DNA from: Octopus sinensis
Taxonomy: Eukaryota
DNA: 64,000 nucleotides
Direction: 5' to 3'
NCBI RefSeq assembly: GCF_006345805.1
Contig: NC_043014.1
Location: 38,750,001-38,814,000, forward strand
In this document: positions 13,130 through 25,246 of the stretch, in pieces
How positions within the stretch are numbered: position 1 is the first letter of the stretch
Layout: each line of letters opens with the position of its first letter
Notes under the pieces: generated by a model
What the model was told of the DNA's origin: nothing
The model's input: the letters and a program-made list of their open reading frames with translations, nothing else
Databases searched by the model: none
Program-made: the position numbers and the translations under genes

Positions 13130-13371
13130 GGTAGCACGCAAAAAACACCATTTCGAGCATGACCATTACCTGTACTGCCAGACTGGCCCTCGTGCCAGTG
13201 GCACATAAAAGCACCCACTACACTCTCAGAGTGGTTGGCATTAGGAAGGGCATCCAGCTGTAGAAACTCTGATCAAGATTGGAGCCTGGCGCAGCCATCT
13301 GGTTTGCCAGTCCTCAGTCAAATCGTCCAACCCATGCTAGCATGGAAAGCGGACGTTAAATGATGATGATG
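13130..13371 (+). mobile_element. Family D (CAT)n-tailed retroposon
   Basis: Ends gtccaacccatgctagcatggaaagcggacgttaaatgatgatg; paralogues at 18046-18280(-), 22170-22293(+), 34735-34915(+), 41725-42052(+), 56889-57230(-). Confidence 0.8.
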
Positions 13372-14394
13372 AATATTTTCAAATAATTTAAATGCTGTAT
13401 GAGATTATTATGTCATCTTCAGCTTCACTACAGATAAGATTTATCTTCATAGTTCTTCCATCAACAACAGCTAAATTTATTTTCTCTACGCAGTAATAAA
13501 TAAGAAGCTTCTACATGACCACTCAATCATTTTTAATGTAACATCTAAAAGACAATGCTTCTCAACAGTCGCTCAACCTGCTAAAGATAGCAGCCAAATC
13601 TTTCTCAAATCACACCTTATTGTCTTTAGACTTTAGCAAAAAAAAATTAAAATTATGAAGTGAAGTTCATATTGGATGATATAAACTATGTTTGGATGGT
13701 CACATTTGAAATGCCTTTCACCATAAATCGGGGGATACTACCCTCTTAAGTACAGCTATTATATAACAGTATTTAATTCCTCTCTCTACACTGTGAGTTC
13801 AAATCCCACTGAGGATGGGTTTTTCCCCTTCTGTTTTTTTGGGGGTTTTTTTTGCTTTTTATTTTTGGTGTGGTGACTAGGGGCTGATAAATTTACCAGT
13901 CCAATATAGGGATCTATTCTTCTTCCTCTTTCCTTTCTCTGTTTCTCTTTGTATTAGACTAGGCTGGGCTGAGCACTCCATTAGTTATGACAATCCGATC
14001 AACTGAACAACCTGCTTGTGAAACTAAAGGGTAAAGTGGCTGAGCACTCCACAGACACACATACTTTCAGCTATTCTCAGGGAGATTCAGTGACATACAG
14101 AATGTGACACGGCTGGTCTTTTGAATTACACAGGTACAGCTCATTTTTGCCAGCTGAGGGGACTGGAGTAACATGAAATAAAGTGTCTTGCTCAAGGACA
14201 CAACACTTTACTGGGAATTGAACTCGTCACTTTACAACCATGAGCCAAATATCCTAACCACTATGCCATACACCTCCACTCCTTGTATTAACCTTAACAG
14301 TAACTCTAACCTTTAATTCAAAAGTCCAGCATTTGTCACATTGATCCAGTCTGAGTTCTGCATTATGGGTACATTAATCTGAGGAATACTCAGC

Positions 14395-14616
14395 TCTTTT
14401 ACTCTTTTACTTGTTTCAGTCATTTGACTGTGGCCATGCTGGAGCACCATCTTTAGCTAAGCAAATTGACCCCGGGACTTATTCTTTGTAAGCCTAGTAC
14501 TTATTCTATCAGTCTCTTTTGCCGAACCACTAAGTTACGGAAACATAAACACACCCGCATTGGTTGTCAAGCGATGTTGGGGGGGGACAAACACAGACAC
14601 AAACATATACACACAC

Positions 14617-14695
<79 letters not shown>

Positions 14696-14875
14696 CGTAC
14701 ATATACATATACACAACGGTTTTCTTTCAGTTTTCGTCTACCAAATCCACTCACAAGGCTTTGGTCGGCCCAAGGCTATAAAAGAAGACACTTGCCCAAG
14801 GTGTCACGCACTGGGACTGAACCCGAAACTATGTGGTTGGTAAGCAAGCTACTTACCACACAGCCACTCTGCACC
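14395..14875 (-). mobile_element. SINE family A, full length
   Basis: tRNA-like head gagtggctgtgtggtaagtagc...gggttcagtccc, central (TA/CA)n, tail gactgaaacaagtaaaagagt. Confidence 0.9.
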
Positions 14876-15230
14876 TACAAATTTTTTTTTTAATCTTTTT
14901 TTTTGTCTTGAGCCTTAGACTTCATAAGGTCAAAGTTCAACCTAGTATCCATGACATGTAAGTGACTGAGCTAAAACTCCTTCCTGAACAGGACACTAGT
15001 AGATCACAAGATTAAATTCTCTCGTATTACAGGAAGTTAATTACAGCTGAGTGGACTGGAGTAACATGAAATGTTTTACTCAATAACACAATGCTCTGCC
15101 TGGTCCAGGAATTGAAACCTTGATCTTAAGATTGTGAGCGCAAAAACATTAACCACCAGATCATATGCCATCACAAACAATTCAAGGAAAAATAATTCAG
15201 ATGGTCAAACAATGAAATGTGCATCATTGA

Positions 15231-15623
15231 AGAGTGGCTGTGTGGTAAGTAGCTTACTAACCAACCACATGGTTAAGGGTTCAGTCCTACTGCGTGGCAC
15301 CTTGGGCAAGTGTCTTCTGCTATAGCCCCGGGCCGACCAATGCCTTGTGAGTGGATTTGGTAGACGGAAACTGAAAGAAGCCTGTCGTATATATGTATAT
15401 ATATATGTATGTGTGTGTCTGTGTTTGTCCCCCTAGCATTGCTTGACAACCGATGCTGGTGTGTTTACGTCCCCGTCACTTAGCGGTTCGGCAAAAGTGA
15501 CCGATAGAATAAGTACTGGGCTTACAAAGAATAAGTCCCGGGGTCGATTTGCTCGGCTAAAGGCGGTGCTCCAGCATGGCCACAGTCAAATGACTGAAAC
15601 ATGTAAAAGAGAGTAAAAGAGTA
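15231..15623 (+). mobile_element. SINE family A, full length
   Basis: As above, opposite orientation, ~355 bp from the previous copy. Confidence 0.9.
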
Positions 15624-15699
15624 ATTGAGATCAATGAAAAATCTACCAATACAGTTAATTATTTACTCAAACCAATGAGAGAGCCTCTATGTAATCGCT

Positions 15700-17150
15700 T
15701 AACTCACTAGAAATAGCAATCAAATCTCCCTCAAGTCACACATACACTATATAGTATTTAAGCAACCAGAAAGATACATTGGATAACATGGTTAGTCAAC
15801 ATACTAAAAATAGCAACCAAATCTCCCTTAAATCACATATAGTCTTTTAAGTAAATGGAAATATATACTGGATAACATGGTCAGTCAACATACTAGAAAT
15901 AATAACCAAATCTCCCTCAAGTCACACATACACTATATAGTATTTAAGCAAACAGAAAGATACATTGGATAACATGGTTAGTCAACATACTAAAAATAGC
16001 AACCAAATCTCCCTCAAGTCACACATACACTATATAGTATTTAAGTGAACAGAAAGATACATTGGATAACATGGTTAGTCAACATACTAAAAATAGCAAC
16101 CAAATCTCCCTTAAATCACATATAGTCTTTTAAGTAAATGGAAAGATATATTGGATAACATGGTCAGTCAACATACTAGAAATAACAACCAAATCTCCCT
16201 CAAGTCACACATACATTATATCGTCTTTAAGCAAACAGAAAGATACATTGGATAACATAGTTAGTCAACATACTAAAAATAGCAACCAAATCTCCCTAAA
16301 ATCACATATAGTCTTTTAAGTAAATGGAAAGATATACTGGATAACATGGTCAGTCAACATACTAGAAATAACAACCAAATCTCCCTCAAGTCACACATAC
16401 ACTATATAGTATTTAAGCGAACAGAAAGATACATTGGATAACATGGTTAGTCAACATACTAAAAATAGCAACCAAATCTCCCTTAAATCACATATAGTCT
16501 TTTAAGTAAATGGAAATATATACTGGATAACATGGTCAGTCAACATACTAGAAATAACAACCAAATCTTCCTCAAATCACATCATAGTATGGCCTATAAC
16601 CAAATGGAAAGACATTAGAGAATGTGATTAGTTAATATACAAGAAATAATAACCAAATCTCCCTTAAATCACACACATAGCCTTTAAGGAAATGAAAAGA
16701 CATGATGGATAATGTGGCTACTCAACATACTAGAAATAACAACCAAATTTCTCTCAAATCCCACCATAATATGGAAAGACATTGGATAATATGATCAGTC
16801 AATGTATTAGAAATAACAACCAAATCTCCCTCAAATTACATATAACACAGTTTTTAAACAAATGGAAAGACAATGGACAATGTTGTCACTCAATATACTA
16901 GAAATAACACCCAAATCTCCTTCAAACTATACCATAGTCTTTAAACAAATGGAAAGATATTGAACAATGTTGTCATCTCAATATACTAGAAATAACGCCC
17001 AAATCTCCTTCAAACTATACCATAGTATTTAAAGAAATGGAAAGATATTAGACAATGTGGTCACTCAGCATACAAGAAATAGCAAACAAATCTCCCTCAA
17101 ATCAAACATATAATATAAACAAAAAGATGTTGAATAATGTAGTTCTGGAT
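15700..17150. repeat. Satellite array of 97/89-bp monomers (order ABAABABAB, then ~6 diverged monomers)
   Basis: Anchor caaatct at 15721, 15818, 15907, 16004, 16101, 16190, 16287, 16376, 16473, 16562. Confidence 0.95.
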
Positions 17151-17311
17151 ACATGGTTATGGCTTCAGTGACTTTCATTAAAGGTTTGCTCGATTATGGT
17201 TGACCTAGGGCTAAAACCCAACAATAGTAATTCTTTTTTTTCTCCTCTTTGAAAACTAATCTTGTCCTCAAATTATTGAACTTGAAATACAATCATTTAA
17301 TTCAAATGCAG

Positions 17312-17424
17312 ATCTTGTATATCTAATTAAATTTGTGGAACCGATGAAGAAGAAGAAGAGAAAAAGTCAAGCAGAAGATGAAGTGAAAAAAGAGAAGCAA
17401 TTAGATGACAGGAATAACACAAAA
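17312..17424 (+). CDS. Candidate exon, plus-strand chain (LVYLIKFVEPMKKKKRKSQAEDEVKKEKQLDDRNNTK)
   Basis: aaatgcAG acceptor, AAA|GTAAGA donor, phase 1 to 0. Purine-rich context weakens the call. Confidence 0.45.
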
Positions 17425-19538
17425 GTAAGAAACTTTTCCATTGGTGATAAACAAGAAAAATAATGAAAAAGGGGGAGAAAAAAGGAATATAAAAAAGAAA
17501 AACAAAAAAAAATGAAGGATGTAAGAAAAACAAAAAAATAATGAATGAATGAAAGAAAGAAAAAGAAAACAAAAATAGAAAACTAGAAGGAGAGATAAAA
17601 AAGAAAAAGTTATGTAAAGAAAGGAAAGAAAATGGACAAATAAAGAAAGAAGAAAGACAAAACTGTAAAGATAGAGAATAAAAGAGAAAGAAAGAAAAAC
17701 CAGCATGGTAATCTTGCTCCAAGAAGTCTGCAATATATCATATTACATGATTCATTAAGCTGTGAACCTTTTTAGCAGATTGTTAAAGCACCTCAAATTA
17801 AATGTGATTTAAGTATTTATATTTATTTATTACCTGACAGTAACGCAGGCATCTCTGAAGACAAACTCAGCTTTGGACATGATTTTTTTCTTTTTCTTTT
17901 TTTTTTTTACAAAAAAAATTGTGTACTTTAAAGAATATGTGTGCATGTATGTGTGTGGAGAAAGAGGGAGATGTCAGAATGGTTCAGAAGTTTGCTTTGC
18001 AACCACAAGGTCCTGGGTCTGATGCCATGCAGTGGTCATTATCATCACTCATCATCATCATCATCATCATCGTTTAACATCCGCTTTCCATGCTAGCATG
18101 GGTTGGATGATTTGACTGAGGACTGGTGGTGAACCAGATGGCTGCACCAGGCTCCAATCTTGATCTGGCAAGAGTTTCTACAGCTGGATGCCCTTCCTAA
18201 CGCCAACCACTCCCAGAGTGTAGTGGGTAGTTTTATGTGCCACCGGCACAAGGGCCAGTCAGGCGGACTGGCAACAGCCACAAAATAAATCGTGTTTTTT
18301 TTTACTATCATTATTTAATATTTGTGTTCTGTGCTAGCATGGGTTGGACAGTTTGACAGGAATTGGCCAGCTAGAGAGCTACCTTGGTTCCATTTTGTTT
18401 GTTTTGGCATGGTTTCCATGGCTGGATATCCTTCCTAACGCCAACCACTTTACAGAGTGTACGGGATGCTTTTTATGTGGCACCAGCACAGACACTTTTA
18501 ATGTGGAACTGGCACCAGTGCTTTTACATGGCACCAGCACCTGTGAGCCTGCAGTGGTATCTTGAGCAAATGTGATTTTTTTTGTTAACCTCAACTCAAC
18601 CCACACCTTGTGATAGAGATTGGGTAGAAGAAAACTGTACACAAGCCTGTCAGATAGATTGTACCTGCAATTCAAAAACACACCCTTATCACATGCTATG
18701 TCATGTTGATCCAGGCTGGCCATGTTTTTCACAGAAGACTTGAAATAATAACATTATTGATATGACAACAATGTTGAAAAACAACCATGACATCAAAGCA
18801 AGGATACACAGACATGTTCAAATATGACAGGGTACTTTCAGGGTCAGTCTACATTCACAATTTATTATCATCACTATCCATTCACAAGGCTTTGGTCAGC
18901 CAAAAGCTATTGTCAAAAACATTTGGCATTTGGTGACAGCATTCTATATTCTGATTTTCAGGCTTATGACATTAACCAGTAATAAGAACAATTCCGCTGA
19001 GGTTGACTTTGCCTTTCATCCTTTCGGGGTCGACAAATTAAGTACCAGTTATGCACTGGGGTCGATGTAATCAACTTTATCCCTTTGTCTGTCCTTGTTT
19101 GTCCCCTCTATGTTTAGCGCCTTGTGGGCAATAAAGAAATAAGTAATAAGATCTAAAGTAGAGAAAGAGAGAAAGGGCGAGGGGTAGGTGGGTGAGTAGG
19201 TAAGTACGTAGATAGATAGAGAGAGAGAGAGAGGAGAGAGAGAGAGATGGATAGATGGATTGATGGATGGACAGACAGTCAGATAGACAGACAGACAGAC
19301 ACAGACAGAAAGACAGACAGACAGAAAAACAGACAGACAGACAGAACGACAGACAGACAGACAGAGACAGACAGATGCAGAGACAGAGCAGAGACAGGGA
19401 AAAAGAAAGAATGGAAAAGCATTTAGGAAACTGCATTTTACAAAGCGAAATAGAAACAAATAACAGTGTTTAGTGAACAATGCTGGACCATTGAATTACA
19501 TTCTAATACAATCACACAGATTTTCCTTTTAATTTCAG

Positions 19539-19580
19539 AGATTCGCTTCGAAAGACAATTCTTATGTGTATCAACAACAG
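19539..19580 (+). CDS. Candidate exon, plus-strand chain (RFASKDNSYVYQQQ)
   Basis: ttttccttttaatttcAG acceptor, CAG|GTGATT donor, phase 0 to 0. Confidence 0.45.
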
Positions 19581-19796
19581 GTGATTTATCCATATCAACA
19601 ACAGGTGATTTATATATATTAACAACAGGTGATTTCTCTGTATAAATCATAGACTTTTACAAGGTGTACTTGTGTAATTTGACTGGCTTAAATCTCTTTT
19701 CATGTCCAACGGCTGCTACTAACACTTGCTAATGGATATTTCACATGATCAACTCGCTGTAAATCTTTTCTGACAACGCTATTAACCCTTTTCAAG

Positions 19797-19842
19797 TCAA
19801 CATCCACGAACAGCTCTAAAGATAGATATTCGTGTGGATGCC
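19797..19842 (+). CDS. Candidate 46-nt alternative exon ([15 protein letters not shown])
   Basis: 131-nt AG-free zone upstream containing TACTAAC (19717-19723); GCC|GTATGC donor; inclusion shifts the frame. Confidence 0.35.
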
Positions 19843-19847
19843 GTATG

Positions 19848-19892
<45 letters not shown>

Positions 19893-20026
19893 TATTACAA
19901 ACACCCATGTATGTAGCTCTGTATATATATATATATATACACACACATATATATATACACATATATATATACACACACACATATATATATATATATACAC
20001 ACATATATACATATATATATATACAC

Positions 20027-20071
<45 letters not shown>

Positions 20072-20440
20072 TACATATATATATATATACACATATATAT
20101 ACATATATATATACACATATACATATACACATCCATATATACATATACACATATACATATATACATATACACATCCCTATATACATATACACATATACAT
20201 ATATACATATGTATATACACACATATATATACATATATATATACATATACACATATACATATACACATCCATATATACATATACACATATACATATACAC
20301 ATATACATATACACATATACATATATATATATACATATACATATATACATATATACATATACATATACACATATATACATATACATATACATATATACAT
20401 ATACACATATACATATACACATATACATATACACATATAC

Positions 20441-20471
<31 letters not shown>

Positions 20472-20536
20472 CATATATACATATACATATACATATATAC
20501 ATACATATATACATACATATATACATATACATATAC

Positions 20537-20570
<34 letters not shown>
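19848..20570. repeat. Compound (TA)n/(ATAC)/(ATATAC) microsatellite
   Basis: Directly visible; source of the Y/I/C/V/H ORFs. Confidence 0.95.
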
Positions 20571-20575
<5 letters not shown>

Positions 20576-20701
20576 CATACATGCACCTTTTTTTGTATGT
20601 GTGTGTATTTGTGTGCATGCGTGCATGTTTAAATATGTATATGTGTGCAAATGTGTAGATATTTTCTTAGGGATGCATCAAAATTTTCTTTTCTTTTGCA
20701 G

Positions 20702-20740
20702 GATTCAAGCTGGTTACTGACAAATGACAAGGTTCTTCTG
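20702..20740 (+). CDS. Candidate exon, plus-strand chain ([13 protein letters not shown])
   Basis: Very strong acceptor ttttcttttcttttgcAG; CTG|GTTAAG donor; phase 0 to 0. Confidence 0.5.
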
Positions 20741-20914
20741 GTTAAGTCAAGACAGCTCTCGGGTTTTATGGATATCTGAACTGGTTGTGCATGTGTGTGA
20801 GTGCGTGTGTGTGTGTGTATGTGCATGCGTAAGCTTGCACTTGTTTATTAGATGTGCATGTCACTTTAGAACATAAGTAGGCATGCTTCATTGCAAAATA
20901 CATATGTCTCTATG

Positions 20915-20953
<39 letters not shown>

Positions 20954-21209
20954 CCAAATGCACATGCAAGTGCATGTGTGTTCAAATCCAGGAACCTCAA
21001 ATGGAGAATCCTTAGAATGTTTCACAAATTTTTCACTGTACCACAGTATTTAGATTTCATGCATGTATGCATATGTGTATGTGTGTAGCAGGTTTATACC
21101 ACATGGAAGGCAAAACGGTGATGTAATAGTACTGTAGAGGCATAAAAGATAATGGATAGTCCAGGAAAGATTGTAAAATAAAAGAGGCAAGGTTAGGTGA
21201 TAGGTACAC

Positions 21210-21945
21210 TTAACCCTTTCATTACCAACCTGGTTGAAACCAGCTCTGGCTCTGTAATACAAATGTCTTGTTTTCATAAGTTTTTAATCAAAATCTTCCA
21301 CCAAATCTTAGTCGCAATTTATGTTCCTAACACTAGCTTAATGATAACTAAGTTATTTTACTAAATTCTTTGTTATATTTAACGTTTTCGATACCAGCCT
21401 AGCTGAAACCGGCTCTGGCTCTGTAATACAAATGTCTTGTTTTCATAAGTTTTTAATCAAAATCTTCCACCAAACCTTAGTCACAATTTATGTTCCTAAC
21501 ACTAGCTTTATGATAACTAAGTTATTTTACTAAATTCTTTGTTATATTTAACCCTTTCATTACCAACACGGTTGAAACCAGCTTTGGCTCTGTAATACAA
21601 ATGTCTTGTTTTCATAAGTTTTTAATCAAAATCTTCCACCAAACCTTAGTCACAATTTATGTTTCTAACACTAGCTTTATGATAACTAAGTTATTTTACT
21701 AAATTCTTTGTTATATTTAACCCTTTCATTACCAACACGGTTGAAACCAGCTTTGGCTCTGTAATACAAATGTCTTGTTTTCATAAGTTTTTAATAAAAA
21801 TCTTCCACCAAACCTTAGTCGCAATTTATGTTCCTAATACTAGCTTAATGATAAATAAGTTATTTTACTAAATTCTTTGTTATATTTAAAATAATTGAAA
21901 GAAACACAGAGCATCTCAAAATAAATACGGCAACGAAAGGGTTAA
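21210..21945. mobile_element. piggyBac-type MITE family 2 with four tandem 169-bp left ends
   Basis: TTAA at 21210, 21379, 21548 and 21717 starting each unit; single right end ggcaacgaaaGGG|TTAA (21942-21945). Diverged inverted relative near 51448-51663. Confidence 0.85.
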
Positions 21946-22068
21946 AGAGAGAATAATCAGAAAATAAGTGTGTCATATATGTTCTGCAATATGAGAATCT
22001 GAAGTGTGAGGTGATTCCAGATTACAAAACTGTATATAAAAAAGAACAGAGATGTTTCTAGGTTTTAG

Positions 22069-22143
22069 TGTGTACAGAATAAAAGCAACATACTTGTTCT
22101 TGATGAAAAGAAAAAAGCATGGAATTGGTATGACAAAAGGTTG
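22069..22143 (+). CDS. Candidate exon, plus-strand chain (CVQNKSNILVLDEKKKAWNWYDKRL)
   Basis: ttttAG acceptor, TTG|GTGAGT donor, 75 nt, phase 0 to 0. Confidence 0.5.
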
Positions 22144-22334
22144 GTGAGTAAGGAGAAAGCATGTAGAACTCTGTAGAAACTCTGCCAGATCAGATTGGAG
22201 CCTGGTGCAGCCATCTGGTTTGCCAGTCCTCAGTCAAATCATTCAACCCATTATAGCATGGAAAGCAGATGTTAAACGATGATGATGATGATGAACTAAT
22301 TTGAATAGATATTACCGTATTTGATGGTATAAAA

Positions 22335-22605
22335 CAGTGGTTCTCAACCAGGGTCTGTATAGCTCTCGGAACTCCATATAGTCCTCAGGAGTTCATATAA
22401 GGTTTTGTTGTTAAAATTCATTTGCAAAAAATTGGTTATATATCCACAATACACAAAATATATATATTTTTTTTTATACAATTCCTAATAATATTTAATT
22501 ATAAAGATACAATAGGATTTTTTAATCATCAAATGGCTAGAAAGGTCAATCTGAGTAAAGTAAGAATCAAAAGGATCCATCATAAAAAACAGTTGAGAAC
22601 CACTG
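22335..22605. mobile_element. hAT (Charlie-like) MITE
   Basis: 14-bp TIR cagtggttctcaac/gttgagaaccactg and perfect 8-bp TSD GTATAAAA. Confidence 0.9.
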
Positions 22606-23069
22606 GTATAAAAGATAAGCAGGCAGCTTATTAGACGAACTCTTATTTCTGTAGCACACATTCAGGAAAAAGGTTTTTAGTGCATTAAAGCATGTGATAT
22701 AAGCCCAACTTTGCATACAGGATCTGGGGTGATCTTTTGATACATATTTTTGGAAAGAATGTTCATCTTATATGCCATCAAATATGGTAGCCTAGGTGAG
22801 ATCTAATCCAGGTTTTGCCAAGTTGTATGACAAATTTTATAGCTCTTGTAAGACAATTGCAAGAGAAGTACTTAACTAAGAGAAAATCATTATATCTAGC
22901 ATAAGAAAGCTGGGTGATATTTTAGTGAATTAAGTGCTTTGTCTCATGGTTCCCTCTTTTGCTTGGGTATAGAGTAGTTGCTGTTCTCGCTTACAACTAA
23001 ATTAGCCCTGAACAAACAGACCTTTTCTTCAAAGGTGTTCCAAACATAAACATCATATATATATATATA

Positions 23070-23277
23070 TATAGTTAATCCAAACATGAAAAGACAAAGA
23101 GAAAACATGACAACGCGAGGACGTGGAACAAGTATACTGTTATTGAACACTCGGGAAAGGAAAGAACGAAGGATGATTTAACGTTTCGAGCAGAGCTCTT
23201 TGTCAGAAACACAGAAAAAGGAAAGGTCCAAGGAAAGGAAGATGGAGAAAAGAAAATCGCCAACAATACACATGCGG

Positions 23278-23348
<71 letters not shown>

Positions 23349-23460
23349 CAAAATGGGACAAGAACGCAAAACATTCAAATAGACGATACAAAAAATGGAC
23401 GGGTCATTCGAAGCCTTTAATCTTCAGTCGAGAACCAGATCATCCTCGCAATTTCGGCTG
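23070..23460 (-). mobile_element. Penelope-like terminal repeat fragment with (TA)n
   Basis: Homologous to 34262-34470 and 36857-37050; carries a minimal hammerhead motif typical of Penelope repeats. Confidence 0.65.
23176..23210 (-). ncRNA. Minimal hammerhead ribozyme motif, degenerate (G8 to A)
   Basis: GUUU CUGACAA A GAGC UCU GCUC GAAAC GUU AAAU. Confidence 0.6.
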
Positions 23461-24426
23461 ATATATATATATATTCATTTTTTTTTTCTGGCCTTGTGTG
23501 TCTAAGACTACAATATCTAATGAGTCCTTTTTAAAATGGTAAAATGGAAGTGGAGGGAAATTTGGTTGCTATTTCTAGTTGGTCAAGGAACTACATAGAT
23601 GCTTCCTCATTGAATCACACAGAATAACTTATACAATGTAGTACAGTTCTTAGAATGGTCTCAATCGAGCTTTTCATACAATGTTTTTGTCTAAACAAAA
23701 TTTGGATAAAACTAGGAGCTACAAGTGTATGATTAAAAAGTTCAATTTGCAGCCATGTATTTTCAGGTTCAGTCCCACAGTGCCTCCTACTTTAGTTTTG
23801 GGCTGACCAATGCCATGAGCAAATTTCGTAGACAGAAATTGCATGGAAGCCAATTGTGTGTGTGTGTGTGTGTGTGGTCTCATTCTGCAATGCCTTGGAC
23901 AAATGTCTTGAGAACCAACAAATAACTTTTGAGAGAATTTGGTAGACAGAAACTGTAAAGAAGCCCATCATATGATTGTGTGTGTTAGACCCTTACACAC
24001 ATACTACTAGGCAACTGATGATTTTTTTTACATGACCTACCCATAACTTAGCAGTTTGACAAAAGAGATCATAGAATAAACTAAACTTTAAAAAAAAACA
24101 AAAAACTGAAAACTCATTAATACAGTGCTCCAGCATGGGCCCCAATCCAACGACTGAAACAAATAAAAATAATAGAAAGTAATAGAAAACCTAACTTTAA
24201 ATGAGTTTAGAACATCAAACCTAATGTATAACAGGTAGTTTTTTTTCCTCTGTCCAATACATAATATAAGCTTTATCTTTTCATCCTTTAATCTAATGGT
24301 CTTAATCACACAAAAATATTTCCCTCCCACTTAAATAACACTTGCTGTATCAGTAACAGTTTGTGATGGGGAGTGTACAGAAATGTTTCAGGAATTACAT
24401 TCTTTCCTCTACCTCTTCCTCCCCCT

Positions 24427-24457
<31 letters not shown>

Positions 24458-25246
24458 GTGCCTTTCTCTGACCAGCAGGTTAAACTAATTAATTAATATA
24501 TTGCTCGTGGGTACTTCTGTGTATCCTAAGACTTAACTCTATAAAACACTAGCGTAGCTAATGTGTAAGCTGCCCAAGGGCAGCCCTTCCATTTGCCCCC
24601 TCCCCCTCCCACCAGACCCCACAAAAAAACATACTGCCAACGGCAGACCCAAAAGTGCTCACCCTTTAAAAGTTCCACATGGAGCAGGCTGCCCCTACCC
24701 TCACCCCACCCTAAGCTACGCTAGTGCTTTTAACATTTAAGCCAGCCACATCTGGCCAAAATATTCTATCTGTTTTATGTTCAAACTGGCCAGATCCAGG
24801 CTCTCACACCTACCCTACAAAGCAATGAGATAATGTATTTTTAATTTAAAACAACAGGAATAAACAAGCATTACATTTGACAGAGTAATCTGAACGCTGA
24901 AGGGGTTAACTGGGGAATGCAGTTCAAAACAGGAGCTCAATGACTTGAGGAAAATGTCTAAACCCTTTAGCATTAGATCTGGAAATCCAGGCAGTTACCT
25001 CAGGCAGTTACTTCAGGCAATAACTCCAGTTATCAGAATGTGTAAGATGAGAATTTCGCCAGTAGAAATTGGTAGTTTTACGCAAAGTAAAAATTAAGAC
25101 TATCCTCAGTTGCAGAATATAAATAACAAGAGAAGGAATGGAAATGTTGAAGACATGTCTTCAACAACAGCAACAACAACAAACACTGCTGCCACCACCA
25201 CCACCACCACCATCATCATCATACATTCATTTTCTATACTGGCATG

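Noticed and set aside
12104-13775. 35-nt match between 12104 and 13735 as mutually exclusive exons
   Set aside because: A 1-nt indel breaks frame equivalence and there are no paired splice sites; probably a small decayed repeat.
15700-17150. CRISPR-like regular array
   Set aside because: Monomers repeat along their whole length with no unique spacers; no cas genes; eukaryotic context.
17834-17880. Minus-strand first coding exon MSKAEFVFRDACVTV with strong CAG|GTAATA donor
   Set aside because: Phase fits the 6094 exon, but there is no credible acceptor or promoter evidence. Kept only as a possible alternative start.
19797-20658. Long ORFs (256-274 aa) on both strands, and similar ones at 868, 7332, 26624, 27204-29900, 34857 and 55017
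   Set aside because: Translations of microsatellites and minisatellites; composition follows the repeat unit.
22650-22900. Plus-strand exon (CAG...CTAG|GTGAGA) or mariner transposase relic on the minus strand
   Set aside because: Stops in all plus frames; minus-strand similarity too weak to call.
23380-23460. Second hammerhead-like motif (CUGAAGA...CGAAU) on the minus strand
   Set aside because: Lacks GAAA and a convincing stem II or III.
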